Below the pieces are notes generated by a model. That model saw only the letters and a list, made by a program, of their open reading frames with translations, searched no databases and was not told the origin of the DNA. Position numbers and translations under genes: made by a program. From Octopus sinensis (Eukaryota): a DNA stretch of 64,000 nucleotides. Position 1 is the stretch's first letter, and each line of letters starts with the position of its first letter. Of this stretch, positions 13,579 to 27,700 are shown one piece after another. The DNA is taken from NCBI RefSeq assembly GCF_006345805.1, contig NC_043015.1:8060001-8124000 (forward strand). The letters run 5' to 3'.

Positions 13579-13998
13579 GGCGTAGTAGTGGCTGTGTGGT
13601 AAGTAGCTTGCTTACCTACCACATGGTTCCGGGTTCATTCCCACTGCATGCCACCTTGAGCAAGTGTTTTTGTACTATAGCATCGGGCCGACCAAAGCCT
13701 TGTGGGTGGATTTGGTAGACGGAAACTGAAATAATCTCGTCGTATATATATATGTATATGTGTTTATGTGTGTATGTGACTGTGTATATGTTTGTGTGTC
13801 TGTGTTTGCCCTCCCACCCCCAATATTGCTTGACAACCCATGCTGGTGTGTTTACGTCCTCGTAACTTAGTGGTTCGGCAAAAGAGACCGATATAATAAG
13901 TACTAGGCTTAGGAAGAATAAGTCCTGGGGACGATTTGCTCGACTAAAGGCGGTGCTCCAGCATGGCCGCAGTCAAATGACTGAAACAAGTAAAAGAG
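13579..13998 (+). mobile_element. SINE family D (tRNA-like head, CORE-like segment, internal (TA)(TG) microsatellite)
   Basis: gtggctgtgtggtaag..gggttcattccc..caccttgagcaagtg..; tail cagcatggccgcagtcaaatgactgaaacaagtaaaagag. Confidence 0.9.
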
Positions 13999-15617
13999 TA
14001 CATATATATATATAGATAATATTGTATATATAGATCATATATATATACATATATAATATATATAAAGAGATAATAATAAATAATCGATTACTTGACACGT
14101 GGGCAACGGATAAGGACAAATTGCCAAAATGGCGCGAAATTATAAAGAATTGAAGAATTTTATTTTTCCTTTATGCATTGACAAATTGGATAGAGACATT
14201 TTAGGGAGAGGACAGTAGATTATACGGAAACTTTTACTCGTAGGATACTTTGTTTTATCGGTGCAGGAATGATAAATGGCAACGTCTATCTCGGTAGAAC
14301 TAAGTAATTCAAATAACATCAACAACACCAATAGTAGTAGTGGTAGCAGCAGCAACACCAGTAGTAGTATTAGTAGTAGTAGTAGTGATAGTAGTAGTTT
14401 CTAACATTGGCTCAAGGCTATAGATATTTGCTTTGACTGTTGTAATGATTTAGTTGACGTCGGTAATTTGGAGACTACATCTTTATTTTATTGACTCCAC
14501 AGAGATTTAACAAGGACAACAACAACGTAGAGAGGAGGCAAAGATATAATGAAATACAATAGAGAAAACTACAGTGATAATAATGATGATTGCTATCATT
14601 GGTAAAAAGCCAATGTGGGAGGCTCTATGCTTCTACTCATCATGTACGATGTAACAGCCAAAAATCTCCGAAATGCGGCTACTATCTTAAAAAAACTTCA
14701 AGGTGCACAGAGGACAATTCATTTTCAGATATATAAAAGAAGAAAAAGTGAAAAAATTCAAAGGAAACTCGGATGGCCCGGTTGGAATGCCTATCTTCAT
14801 AGGTCTACCTTATATCAAGACAAATTTTGGGGATTAAAACATCTATGTATTTTACGGAAAGGCGGAGTACAGTAGATTTTACTGTGTTATATAAGAAACG
14901 TGCTTCAGTGACCTCGTGGAAGAATTATCAAATAAATAGAAAGCCCGTTCAAAGTAGTTGCTGGATCTGCTAAAAACTACAGCCAGATCTCCAGGAAGTA
15001 GTTCCCACGCTTTAAGGAGAGACAAAACATTAGATAAATTTGTCCAAAATGCTTGTTTTCAAAAATAAATGTAAAGTGTCAAAACTGAAAACCTTTTCTT
15101 TATTCATAGGACTATTGACGGTACGCCTGAGTATTAAATAATAATAACAAAGCTCTAGACAGCAAAACGTGTAATAGTTTGACAGGAGGTCATGATCAAT
15201 AAAGCATTTTTCCCGGATCCAAGGCACTTTCAGTAAAAGTAATCTACTCCAGATTATGAACTTTTCTCGTCTTGGTGTGGTTCCTCATTGAATACAAATA
15301 ACAGAATCTCCTCTTAACCTCATCCTCCACTTTTTTTTTTTTTGAAATAAGGAAATCCTTATTTTTGAAAAATAAGTTTGTCGTTAATCCTCCCTCACAA
15401 TTTTCAGGCCTTGTGTCATTAGTAAAAAGGATTACTGTTGCTGTTGTCGTTAAAGACAAGAAGAATGTTATATTTTGATTTACTGTTTTTCTTATAATCA
15501 TTTTACTGAATTCAAATTTGGCTTTCTGTTTTACCCGTAATGCACCCTGGATCCGCAGTTCTGAACGTTGGGGGAGTATTGTATAGCTGATACCTCAGGA
15601 TTACAGGGATAACTCGG

Positions 15618-15683
15618 AGATTTTAAAAGATAATTTTGCATATAATTTAAAAAGATTTTAAAAGATAATTTTGCATATAATTT
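15618..15683. repeat. 31-bp tandem duplication, period 35
   Basis: agattttaaaagataattttgcatataattt at 15618-15648 and 15653-15683. Confidence 0.9.
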
Positions 15684-17274
15684 GTAAAGGTATATTTCCT
15701 TATAAGTATGATAATTTCTATTTTATATATTTACATTAATGTTGATTTTACGGATAGTAATTTGAAATTAATAGAAGGTGGGGTGAATGTTATGTAATAA
15801 AAGTTATTATGTAAAGTCTATATTTACTCTTATATTGCAGGCGAAAATGGTGATGGTGAACTGTTAAGTGAGTAAATACAGAAAAAAAATGGTGGGATAT
15901 TAAGGACCACAGTGTGAGACATATTACTAAAATTATTGGTTAATCATGACTGTAACACATTTTGACCTCAGGTCTTCCCGATCAGCCTTGACCTGAGTCT
16001 AAACAACAACAAAACAACTGGAGTAGCAACAACGATGACCTGGTCCGTATTACTACGATCCCAAAGAGAGACAGTAAGAGGAAGTGGGGAATGGTCGTTT
16101 AATAGTAAATGTCTGTAGTTATTTGCACATGTCTTATGCTTCGATATCGTGTAATGTATTTCAATGGTGGAGTACTGGCTTTGTATTTTTAATTGATATT
16201 ATATATATATTCAGGGAATGTAGAAGTGCCATCGTGATTATTATATATTTCATGTATCCTAGAGTATCTTCTACAACGGAGAATAGGTCGCCACTTCTGC
16301 CCGAATCTTTTGAACGGACCCTGGACGAATTCTCTCAGGTAAAAAAAAGTATTTTGAAAATAAAATACAATGAAGTGACAAGAATTATATAACATTTGAA
16401 TATAAGGTATTTATGTAGGAGTGCTAGATCTATTATTTATCTTAGCACAGTCGCACACAGAGCTAATTAAAACTGTGGTACTTAGAAATGTGGTACTCAA
16501 AAGATTCGTCACCTCAGCTCTACACAGTACTACTGAAATAACAAGTAGGAAAAAAAAAGCATAATTTAAAGGAATATGTTGGATAGTTCGCAGTTACTGT
16601 TCTGTATAGTGTCGAACCAGGTTTTGGACACAGATGTACACATCAAGGGATGACTGACGATCAAGAAGAAAGGAAAGAATACAAAGAACCCAGATACTGT
16701 GAACTCGATTAAATGCTCCCCGGTAAATCAAGTGTTGCCAATATTTTCTTCAAGCGAAAAACTATCAAAACACAGAGCTTAGGTGAAGGAAACAGAAGAA
16801 GGCAGTGGAAGAAAGTAAATAATCGACTTAGCTCGGTGCTACTCGAGAGGTTTTGTCGACTACAGTGTCTCCTTATTAATATATTACATGATTAAAGATG
16901 ATGTTGAAGTGAGGTTGATGGTAAAAATGGATCTTTAATGCATTATATCATAGAAGATTTTGGATATGTTATGCTTATTCTGTATGTATGTATATATGAG
17001 TGTGTACGTGTATATACTTACATACACGCACACACACATAAACATATACAAACATGTGTATGTGTGTGCAGTTATGCACAGGAGCGCGTGAGGTGCATGC
17101 TTACATTCAGTTACATGCGCACGATACATAAACGGATGCCATAATCAAATTGGTCGTGTTACTGACCATGCCACTTGACATCTAATGACGGGGTAGTATA
17201 TATATATATATACACACTTATAAATATATATGTGTGTGTAGGTACGTATGTGTGTGCGTGTATATGTGTGTGAA

Positions 17275-17312
<38 letters not shown>

Positions 17313-17880
17313 CACCGGTGTGTGTTTCTATGTACGTATATATGCTTCCGAATGTGTATGTCTCTATAGCTTGAATGAGTGTGTGTGTTGGAATCTGTGT
17401 ATATATATATTTACATCTATCAATACATATACTCACACACACGCGCAAAAACGCACGCATACAAACACAGGCAAAGACACACACACACACACACGCACAC
17501 ATACACATAGATACACACACGTGCCGTGAGAAAAGGACAGGCAGAATATGATGCACGCAAATATGGACAGAACAGGAATTCATACATATAAACATGGTAT
17601 TAGACCACTGAGAATGCTCTGTTACTTGGAACGTAGTCGGTGCTACGACAACTTTCCAAATGGACCTGATATTATGATACATGCATTGTTTACCGCACAA
17701 TATCATACATACTACAGCACACATACACACACATGTATAGTCACACACACACACACACACACATAGGCATAGTTTCACACAACTTCCAATACACTTGTAG
17801 ACCCACACCAAGGTATCGACTCACTCATACTATATTGTAAGATAATATTTTCTTCGCTTTCTTCACATTCGCATACAGTC

Positions 17881-18082
17881 TCTTCTACTCTAGGCACAAC
17901 GCCGGAAATTTTCGGGCGATACACCGACCCCGCAGCACGCAAATGGTACGTAATCTGTCGACTCCGAAAGGATGAAAAGCAAAGTCGACCTCGGCGGAAT
18001 CTGAACCCAGAACGTAAAAACCGACGAAATACCGCTAAGCATTACGCCCGGCGTGCTAACGTTTTTACCAGCTCGCCGCCTT
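17881..18082 (-). mobile_element. A2-type SINE
   Basis: Head aaggcggcgagctgg, core, and tail ..aaatttccggcgttgtgcctagagtagaag. Confidence 0.8.
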
Positions 18083-18211
18083 CTCATCCACATATATTAT
18101 CTTCACCCTCATTTATGCCCCTACATATACATGTGTGCGTGTGATTTTACATTACACAAGCAAACACACACACATATATATATATATATATAATCACATT
18201 ATATATATAAA

Positions 18212-18247
<36 letters not shown>

Positions 18248-18544
18248 TGTATGTATGTATGCATGTTTTACATATCCAAATTTCTATCTATCTATATGTA
18301 TATACATATATATATATATATATGTGTAACATGCTTTGAGCATGTATTATCTAGTTATAATCATTTATTAAAGAATATGAGTTATTCACAAATTATATAG
18401 ATGTGTGTGTTTGTGTACGTATATATATATATATATAATATATATATATATGTATATAACGTAATGTAATAAAACATTATGGAGTATATATTATAAATTA
18501 TTGTAACTTGTGCATAATTGAAAACGTTCTTCTCTCTCTATCTT

Positions 18545-18583
<39 letters not shown>

Positions 18584-20714
18584 TATATATACACGCTACC
18601 ACATACCTATGTGCACAAATACAATTTTTATATACCGTACATACTTATATATGTATGCGTACGTATAAGTATATACATTTACGCTCACACTACTATTGGT
18701 ACATATTTGTGTGTGTATGTGTATGTGTGTGTGTGTATGTGTGTGTGTGTGTGTGAGTGTGTGTATGTGTGCATATTTATCTGTAAATGTATAGAGATTT
18801 GTCTGACGCACTAGTGTGGATAGATGTTGCTAAATAACTGAGCTAGACGTCCACATCGCTGCTATGTTGTCTATTAGATGCCGGTTATGAATCAACTAAT
18901 TCCTACACGCTATAACATCTGCGCCTGTTCCACAACCTACACACACATAACACACATTCTCACGCCCGCTCATACAGCCGCTCTATCTATACGTACACGC
19001 GCAGACTCTCTGAGATTAATGTGTAGTATACACAAGCACACTTTCCAGGAATCTTACATGTAAGTCTCTTGCACACACACACACATACACACACACCAAC
19101 ATATACAGAAAAGGATTACACTTACAAAAACAAAGACACACGCACACAAAAAATACACGTGTGTAAATTAAAGCCTACATCTTCAGCGTGTTTTTACCAA
19201 CATATATTATATTATGTATTGTACATCTAGCCTGTTAAAAGCAATACAATTATCATACACCCAACGTGTTTATACTAATAGATCTATGTGACACTAGCGT
19301 GTATAATAACACCAATCATCCTTTAATTCATTAGCGTGTATAAGAGCAATACATCTTTCGTCAGCTGGCATGTAATCATCGTTACAACAAGTGTGTATAC
19401 ACCAAAACATCTGCAGTATATAATAAGCGTGTATATCGTCAACACATACAAACACACATACACACACAGAGCCTATATTTATGGATGAAGTCTTGCAGAT
19501 GGAACAGATTCCTACGTAAATAATATACGCAAGCAATAAACCAGATATTCTGAGATGAGATACTGACACATATATGTGCGCCCCACGATGGGAAAAATGG
19601 TGCAAAAATGAAAATGTCCTTTGAAGTCACCCTTTATTAAACGCACTTTCACGTACAGACACTTTATATATACACCATACATTTACATACACACACATAC
19701 ACACTTATATTTAAATAGAGAATGAAGCATAACGGTATATATATGTATATATGTTCTTTAATATGGATATATCCACGTGAGGATCGAACTTAGAAATATT
19801 TCGGATTACACATCTAATTTTATGAAATATTTTATTAACTCAATTCTTACAAACATACTCTCGAGCACGAATATAAAATAGATGTACAGACGAATGGATA
19901 CAGACGCGTTGTATATATATATATACAAACGCACACTTACTCAAGTGGATACACACATTCATACATACAATCACACTATCACGCACACACTTGAGCGTGT
20001 GCATGTACTCGGGTACACAAAATTCTTAAATCCCCACATGCAAGAAATTGCATTCGCAGTATAGAACAGAAAACCATAATTATACACAGTATAGACTCAC
20101 ACATACATACATAAACACTCTCTCACACTCAAGGATATATACATTTATGTCGACATTATACACTCACACACCCAAACACATTCACACACACAATGTCTTA
20201 TGCACTACATGCACTTCTGAGTACCACTTTGTCTTTCTTATCCACACTCAGACACGAACACACAAACATGCATACACGCATACACAAAAACACAAACATG
20301 CATACGCACATACACTGCTAATTTTGATTCAGTCACACTTACACAGATATCCGCTTAAACTTGCTTCCACATATGAATGACTTCACAATGTCGGAGTCTA
20401 TGTTGCACACTTACACGCATTTATCTACACACGTGCAAATTTCACTGTAAATTTTACAATGTGTATATAAAGTGTACGTTGAAATGGCTTGCTTTTTTTT
20501 TTATATATATATATATACCATTCATCTTGCTCTCGTGCTCACACACACACATATATTTTACAGCATAAATTTTTTATTACATTTTTTATATATTTAATGA
20601 TTTTAATTAACCTTCTTTTTTTTAGATAAACACTTCATTTTTTTTTTTAAACTCATTCATTTTTTTTTCATTTTTTTTTTTTTTGGCTTCAACCGGTCTT
20701 GTATTTGAACTTAC

Positions 20715-21225
20715 CTTGACGAGGTACGTAAACATTTAGTTTGAGACAATCTTCCTCTTGCTTAATGAGATAGGGTCGAATTTTTCTCAAGTATTCCTTT
20801 CGAGATTTAGGTAATTTAGCATCCCGTAAGGTATTTTCATCCATTATTTTTTGTGGGCAAACAGATGCCGTTTCAAGCACAGGGGATGTTTCCTCCCAAC
20901 GAAAAGGGGGATTTCCAGGTGGCATAAATCGCATAGCATTTTTTCTAAACGAGCCATAAGGTATTCCAAGGTATGCATCCACGGGACGCAGAGAAAGATC
21001 CTTGCGAAAAAGAAATTGTACACCACGAATTTTCCCGTATTTGGTTTCGATAATCTTTTCACTAATAACTTTTTCATATGCATCCTCCGTATTAATCCGA
21101 GCATTGGTTTTAGGTATATGTAGAATAGAAATCACAATAATTATTATTTGAACAAGAAAAACTAACTTTTCCAATGTCCGTATTGATGTCAAAAACACTT
21201 GGAAATTGTTACCTGTGGCCGTCAT
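20715..21225 (-). CDS. NLGN: First coding exon of a neuroligin-like (cholinesterase-like adhesion) gene; 170 codons + 1 nt, remaining exons not found in the window
   Basis: ATG at 21225 (MTATGNN...), hydrophobic signal segment LVFLVQIIIIVISILHIP, then IETKYGKIRG, AYLGIPYG, RFMPP, SVCPQ and LPKSRKEYLRKIRPYLIKQEEDCLKLNVYVP. The Cys loop matches invertebrate neuroligin P.GRLEYLRRL.P.L.NQSEDCLYLNIY.P. Donor CAAG|gtaagt at 20715/20714 is phase 1, the same position as the end of the first coding exon in vertebrate neuroligins. Confidence 0.9.
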
Positions 21226-21343
21226 TTTAAGAAGTAAATTGTTAGGAAAAAAAAATGTATATCTGTATATGCAGCAATCAAACACACACAAACAGCTTCA
21301 AAAACTTTGTCTATCTAGTTCACACACACTCACACACACACAT

Positions 21344-21377
<34 letters not shown>

Positions 21378-21594
21378 GTACGCACAGGTGTATTATCTAT
21401 ATATGTATATATTATCTATATCCGTGTATTTATAAATACAACAGAGAACTGGTTACATATATATAAATATATATGTATATATATAGTATTTATATATACC
21501 GGCTTCCTTGGCGAATTTACTAAGATTCGTTGTTTATTCTTAATGAAATCGTGTTCACATCCACATACATTTTTTTACGTACACTTATATTATA

Positions 21595-21643
<49 letters not shown>

Positions 21644-22105
21644 TTACACACGTATACAATTACGTTATGTATGTGTTATATGCATAACTATTCAACTGAG
21701 ATGCGTATATGTATCCTTACACACACATGCACACATATAAAATAGATGTGCGTGTATAATTCTTCTTTTCTCTGTGTATTATGTATGAATTTCTTTTTTT
21801 TTTTCTTTTTTAATTTGTCGTTGTCGTCGTCGTCATGTCATTTGCAGTCTCCGTCCACGTCGTTGGTGGATGTGCTGTTGTTGTTGTTAATGGTATTGTT
21901 GTTGTTGTTTTTGTGTTTGTTGATGTTCTAGTCACTGACAGGCGCGTGCATGTGTTTTGTATGGTGGAATTTGTTCAACGCTGCTTTCTAAAATATCCAT
22001 GCACATTTCTATCTATCTATCCATCTACCTCTCCATATAATATCACACATATATGTATATTCTATAACAAACATATACACACATATATATATATATGTGT
22101 ATATA

Positions 22106-22146
<41 letters not shown>

Positions 22147-22427
22147 ACGTACGCACACAGTTATAGTGAAAGACACGCGCGCGATGGTTCGTTCCTTTCT
22201 CACACTTTCTTCGTCTTTTCCTCTTCGTTCTTTGTGCTTTTCTTTCTTTCTCGCCTTCTCTCACTCTCTTTTAACTGTCTATCTATCACTGTGTTTCTGT
22301 TTGTCTTTCTGTCTCTCTACTTTTTGGCAACTCTTTCCTCTTTCGCTTTCTATCTCAGCCTGTATGTCTGTCAGTCTGTCTATCAGTCTGTCAGCCTCTG
22401 TATATTTACTTACAAACACACTTACGA

Positions 22428-22458
<31 letters not shown>

Positions 22459-23570
22459 AAACCTTATATAAATGCATTAATATATATATACTAACAATAC
22501 TTCTACACCCTGTATAACTGTTACATATGCATATGTGTGTGGGTGTTGGTGGGGGACATTAATTTGTATGTGTGTGTATGTGTTAGTGTGGAGTGCCAAT
22601 ATAAATATATATATATATAGCTATATATGTAAATATAAATATTTAGATATATTTCTCTATATATATTTATATATCTTCTTATTTTCGTCGTTGTCAAAGA
22701 AATTTCGGCAAAATTATTATTATTATTTTTTTTGAATTCTGTGATTCCGGGGAAATCTTTTGAAAATACACACTCCTCGATTTTGTAGTGGCAAACAGTT
22801 AACTCTATCTTTAAGAATATTCCTGTTAATAGCAGTCAGTCTAAAGGGTACACACGCTACTTGTAGTAGTAGTAGTAGTAGTAGTGCTGGTCGTATTATT
22901 AGTGGTAGTAATAACTGTAGTTGTAGTAATAGTAGCAGTGGTGGTAATTTTTCTGGTGGTAGTAGTAGTAGTATTAGTAGCAGTAGCAATTATAATGGTA
23001 GATGTAGTAGCATTTATAATGGTAGTAGTTGTAGTGATAGTAATTTTAGCAGTCGCATTAGGTAGGTAGTACTGCCAGTAGTAGTAGTAGTAGTAGTGTT
23101 TGTTATTGTAGAGGTGATAGTAAAATTATTATCATATTATTATTATATCATTATTATTATTACTATTATTATTATTACTATTATTATTATTATTATTACT
23201 ATTATTATTATTATTCGTAGTAGTAGTAGTAGTAGTAGTAGCAGTTGTAGTAATAGTAGTAGCAGTTGTAGTAATAGTAGTGGTAAGATTAGCAGTATTA
23301 GTAAGAGTAACAGTAGACGCAAAGAAGCAGAAGTTGTAATAATCGTTCTATGTTGTTACAGTTATAGTTGTTATCGGTGTGGTAGTAGTAGTAGTAGTAG
23401 CAGCAGTAGTAGTGGTAGTAGTAACGGTTGTTGTTTTTGTAGTTGTAATAATATTTTGTAGTATTTATCTCCCCGTTTTTTTATTTTTTCACTTTTAATA
23501 TTTTATTTTAATCTTTTTGTGTTCGTTCCGTTTGTGTAGGTTTTCTTTACGTAATTATCTGAAGTTATAT

Positions 23571-23636
<66 letters not shown>

Positions 23637-24033
23637 GAATGTATAAATACACGTATATTTCCTTCTGCATACACACATTTACATATGCTTACATTCATTC
23701 ACACGCATTGTTTATATATATATATTATATATATAATATATATATATATGCATCTATATATAACTTATAAAATAAGGGCAAGAGACACACACACACGTAC
23801 ACTAAATATCTTTATTTGTCCTTTCGTTTTGAATCCTTTATTCAGTTAACATTCGTTCTTTGTTTTATACAAAAAAAAAATTTTTTCTATTTCACAATAG
23901 CGCGCGCACACATGCACACACACACACACATATATATGTTCATACACACACAAACACACACACACACACATATATATATGTTCATACACACAAACACACA
24001 CACACACACATATATATATGTTCATACACACAA

Positions 24034-24107
<74 letters not shown>

Positions 24108-24514
24108 AGAGAGGGTAGGAGAGTGAGAGATTGCTGTGAATCTATGTATGCCCTTGTGTGTTTTACTATGAAGTCTACCGGCGTTTTTATACTTTTGTTT
24201 TTACTTTCGTTATAGTTGTCAATGTATATACTCAGTTTATGTTGTGCCTTTCACTACCCTCCCTATCTTTCGTTATTACTATCACTATTATTATGACTAA
24301 TGTTATCATTATTATTATTGCCGCTGCTATTATCATTACTATTAATTATTAGTTTTATTATTATTATTTTTTTAGTATTAGGTTAGAAGCCTGAACCTGT
24401 TGACAGAACGTGTTGCGGTGTAAATATAAGTTTAATCTCAACGTTCTCGAGTTCTAACAACACTGATGATGGACTTCGGATTCCAGCCATTTACGAAGCC
24501 TACAATACAACAAT

Positions 24515-24556
<42 letters not shown>

Positions 24557-24696
24557 GAAGAGAAAACCAAAATGAATTAACCGGCAAAGAATGTACGCGG
24601 AACGGAATGTGTGTACATAGGGGTGATTTCTTCGATTCAATCACCAACCATCGACCCTTCTTCCGAAGTGAGTGTCCAACTTAGAAAGAGCTCCGC

Positions 24697-24731
<35 letters not shown>

Positions 24732-27700
24732 CAGCAGCAGTAGCAGCAGCAGCAGTCGTAACAGCAGTAGCAGTACTGTAGATGTAGTGCTTTTAGTTGA
24801 CTTTTGGCCCCAGATCAACCCCCCGGATGCGGAAAACCTTCGATCATTAATATTCCCTTAATGACCATTCCATTGTGTTTACAGGCCTGATGCAATCTCA
24901 GACTTCTAGTGAAAATCTTGCCCCCCTTTTATCTTTTTTTTTTTTTTAATAAATTTAACTGCTATTTCTCGTAAATTTTCCCTCGTGTGATTTTACTGTT
25001 TTATGTGATGGTGATAATCGTAGTAACACTGGTGATGTCGTGATGGTTGTGGAGATGTTGCTAGTGATGGTGAAGCTGGTGATGATGGTGACGCGGTGAT
25101 GTTGGTGGTCCTGATAATGGTATTGGTCATGAGGGTGATATCGATGGCGGTAGCGGTGATGGTGAAGTTGACGATGGTCATTTTGTAGCTGGTAGTGGTG
25201 ATGGTGATGGTGATTATGAAGGAGGTAAAGATGATGGTGGGGACGGTAGTGCCTGGTGTGGCATCGGTGATCATGCTGGCGATGGCGGTGGTCTTATTAA
25301 AGGCGTGTTTGTGATGTTGTTGGTTGTCAGAGGCGAGGGTGTGTTTTATTGTTGTTAGGTGTTTTATGGCGGTGGTGTTAATGGTGAGAGTATACACGCT
25401 ACCTTGCAACAATATTTAAACAAAATTCTAAGATCAAACAGTTGCCGAGTATACTTTTATGTTACATTACACTGGACACACAACTACTCGTAGATTAAAA
25501 CAACTACCAGTAATACACGCGTCTAGCCATACGCACACAGCCACTCAGCTTTATTATATAACCTCTCAAACAGCATAATTAAGAAATAGACTAAATCCAA
25601 TCTTCGCTTCTTGGGTGCCTTTAGCGGAGTCCACTCTGCTGTAAGTATTCGGTCAAGGTCGCCGGTTTCCGGATGTTTCTGTTTCTTTCTCCAAGCCCCA
25701 AATCTCGGAGGTCCTTTAAAGTGAATTGGATAGTTATTTCCTCCTAACTAAACGGTTGATATGAAAGAAAGACAAAACAAAAAAGAAAAAAAAGGAAACG
25801 TTCCGAAGATGAAAATTAATCTTATGCCTATCGCATGCTAATCGTTTATAGTGTTGTTGCTATTACCGATGTGTTGAATACTGTAGTTGTTTTTTTTTTG
25901 TTTTTTTGTACTTTTTTGTGTGATGATGTAACTTGTTGTTGTGCTGCTATGTTGTGATGCTGTTTACGTTAGTTGTATTGTTTCAATGCATTTTATTATA
26001 GTAAATAACGTTGTTATCCTTTTCTTAAAACTGTGGTGATGCTGTGGTGCTTTCTGATGATATACTTGTCATATATATTTTTGTTGTTCTTGTTGTAGCT
26101 GCTGTTGGTGTAGTGGTGTTGATTGTATTTTTTAAATGTTTCTATTACAACGATGAAAACTGCTGCTGCTGCTGCCTTTGGTGTTGTGATATTATTGTGA
26201 TACATTTGTTGTTCTTCATATTAATGATGATGGTGTTCCAAGGCTGTTGATATTTCTTTCCTTTTTTTTTATTCTAGTGAATGCTGCTATCATCTTAGCT
26301 CCCTACAGTATAACTTTTGTTCCTGTGATTGTTACTGTGATACTGTTGTTTGAGATGTTATAGTTGTTGTGCTACCGTTAATATTATTCAAATGTTGTCA
26401 TCGTTGTTGTTTTTCGTCATCTGCTTGTGTATTTGTTGGTGCTTTCTATGTTAAATATCTTTAATTCGGGCTACCATACAGAACAATTACTATTTCTCTA
26501 ACTTGTGAAGGTCTTCTAGCAGACCATATAGTAGTAGCAACCGCAAAACTAGTACCACCGTCACCACCTCTAACTCCACCAATTTTTAGGGTATAATTGT
26601 AATTGTGTTACCTTTCCAGTTTATAGATATTTGTACTTTTATTCTAGTGATGGAGCCCCCGTTTCATTTACTCTCAACGTATACATACATACATACACAC
26701 ACTCACACATATATAAACTGAACTAAAAGTTGATAATCATCAACTTTGTAGTGTATTTTCGGATTTTATTATCCACCCCACATTTCTCGGAGACATTGTC
26801 GTAGCTTTAATTTATTTTGGGAGTTTTTGAGCACTAAATATCATATTTAGAGGCAGTGTTAAGGACTGCCTTGTGAAGTGATTTTGTCTTTCTCTATGTC
26901 TATCTCTTCCTCTCTCTCTTTCTCTCGCAGACACACAACGCACACACTCATACGGGCACACTTATGCGTGTATGTGTGTGGGTGTGAGAGCGTGCACGCG
27001 CGTGGCCACTGAGCCATATTTAGAAAACATTTGATAGCATTTTGGGGGTATCTCAGTAACTCATCATGTTCCATTTCCCCCCTAAAGTTTTATGCTGTTG
27101 CTACGATGTTGCGTGAAAGTACAAAAGTGTTATAATGTATCGGTGAGGCAATGTTATAGTGGTGTTGTGTGGAAGTAACATTTATCAAGACGCAAGTGTT
27201 GTAGTATGTCAGCATTGTAATGTTGCAGTGCTTATAGTATTCTGGTGTATTACAGTATAGTAGTTTTGCAATGTGGTATTATAGTCTAGCAGTGGCTTAG
27301 TATTTTAGTGACTGTGCAGTGTCGTTATGTTGCAGTGTGACAGTGTTGTTGTTGTTGTTGTTTAATGTGGCGGGTTTACAGTGTTGTATGTGGCAGTGAA
27401 GTTTTGTGTAGCTTTGTAGTGGCGACAGTGTTAAAGTGTAACAATATAGTGCGGTAGTGTTATAGTATGGTAAAGTTGTGTTGTGTGTTCCGTTGTAATT
27501 TTGCGGTGTGGTAGTGGTCTTTAGTTTTAATATTAACAATGGATTTCATTCAATTATTTATTGCAAAGCTAATGAATGATGATGATGATGATGTTGGTAG
27601 TGGTGGAAATGATAACGGTGTTGAGTATAAGAATAATTATGATAGTAACGATAATGCTTATGATGACGACGAAGACGAAGATAAGGAAGATGATGGTGAT

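Noticed and set aside
24993-25412. 139-aa Thr/Ile-rich ORF resembling a mucin
   Set aside because: A decayed (GGT/GAT)n trinucleotide tract with no splice or codon evidence. The same applies to 27539-27908 and 29620-30243.
25480-25760. Unique CpG-containing stretch with tatataa, considered as a promoter
   Set aside because: TATA-like words are ubiquitous in this AT-rich DNA, and there is no independent evidence for a start site.
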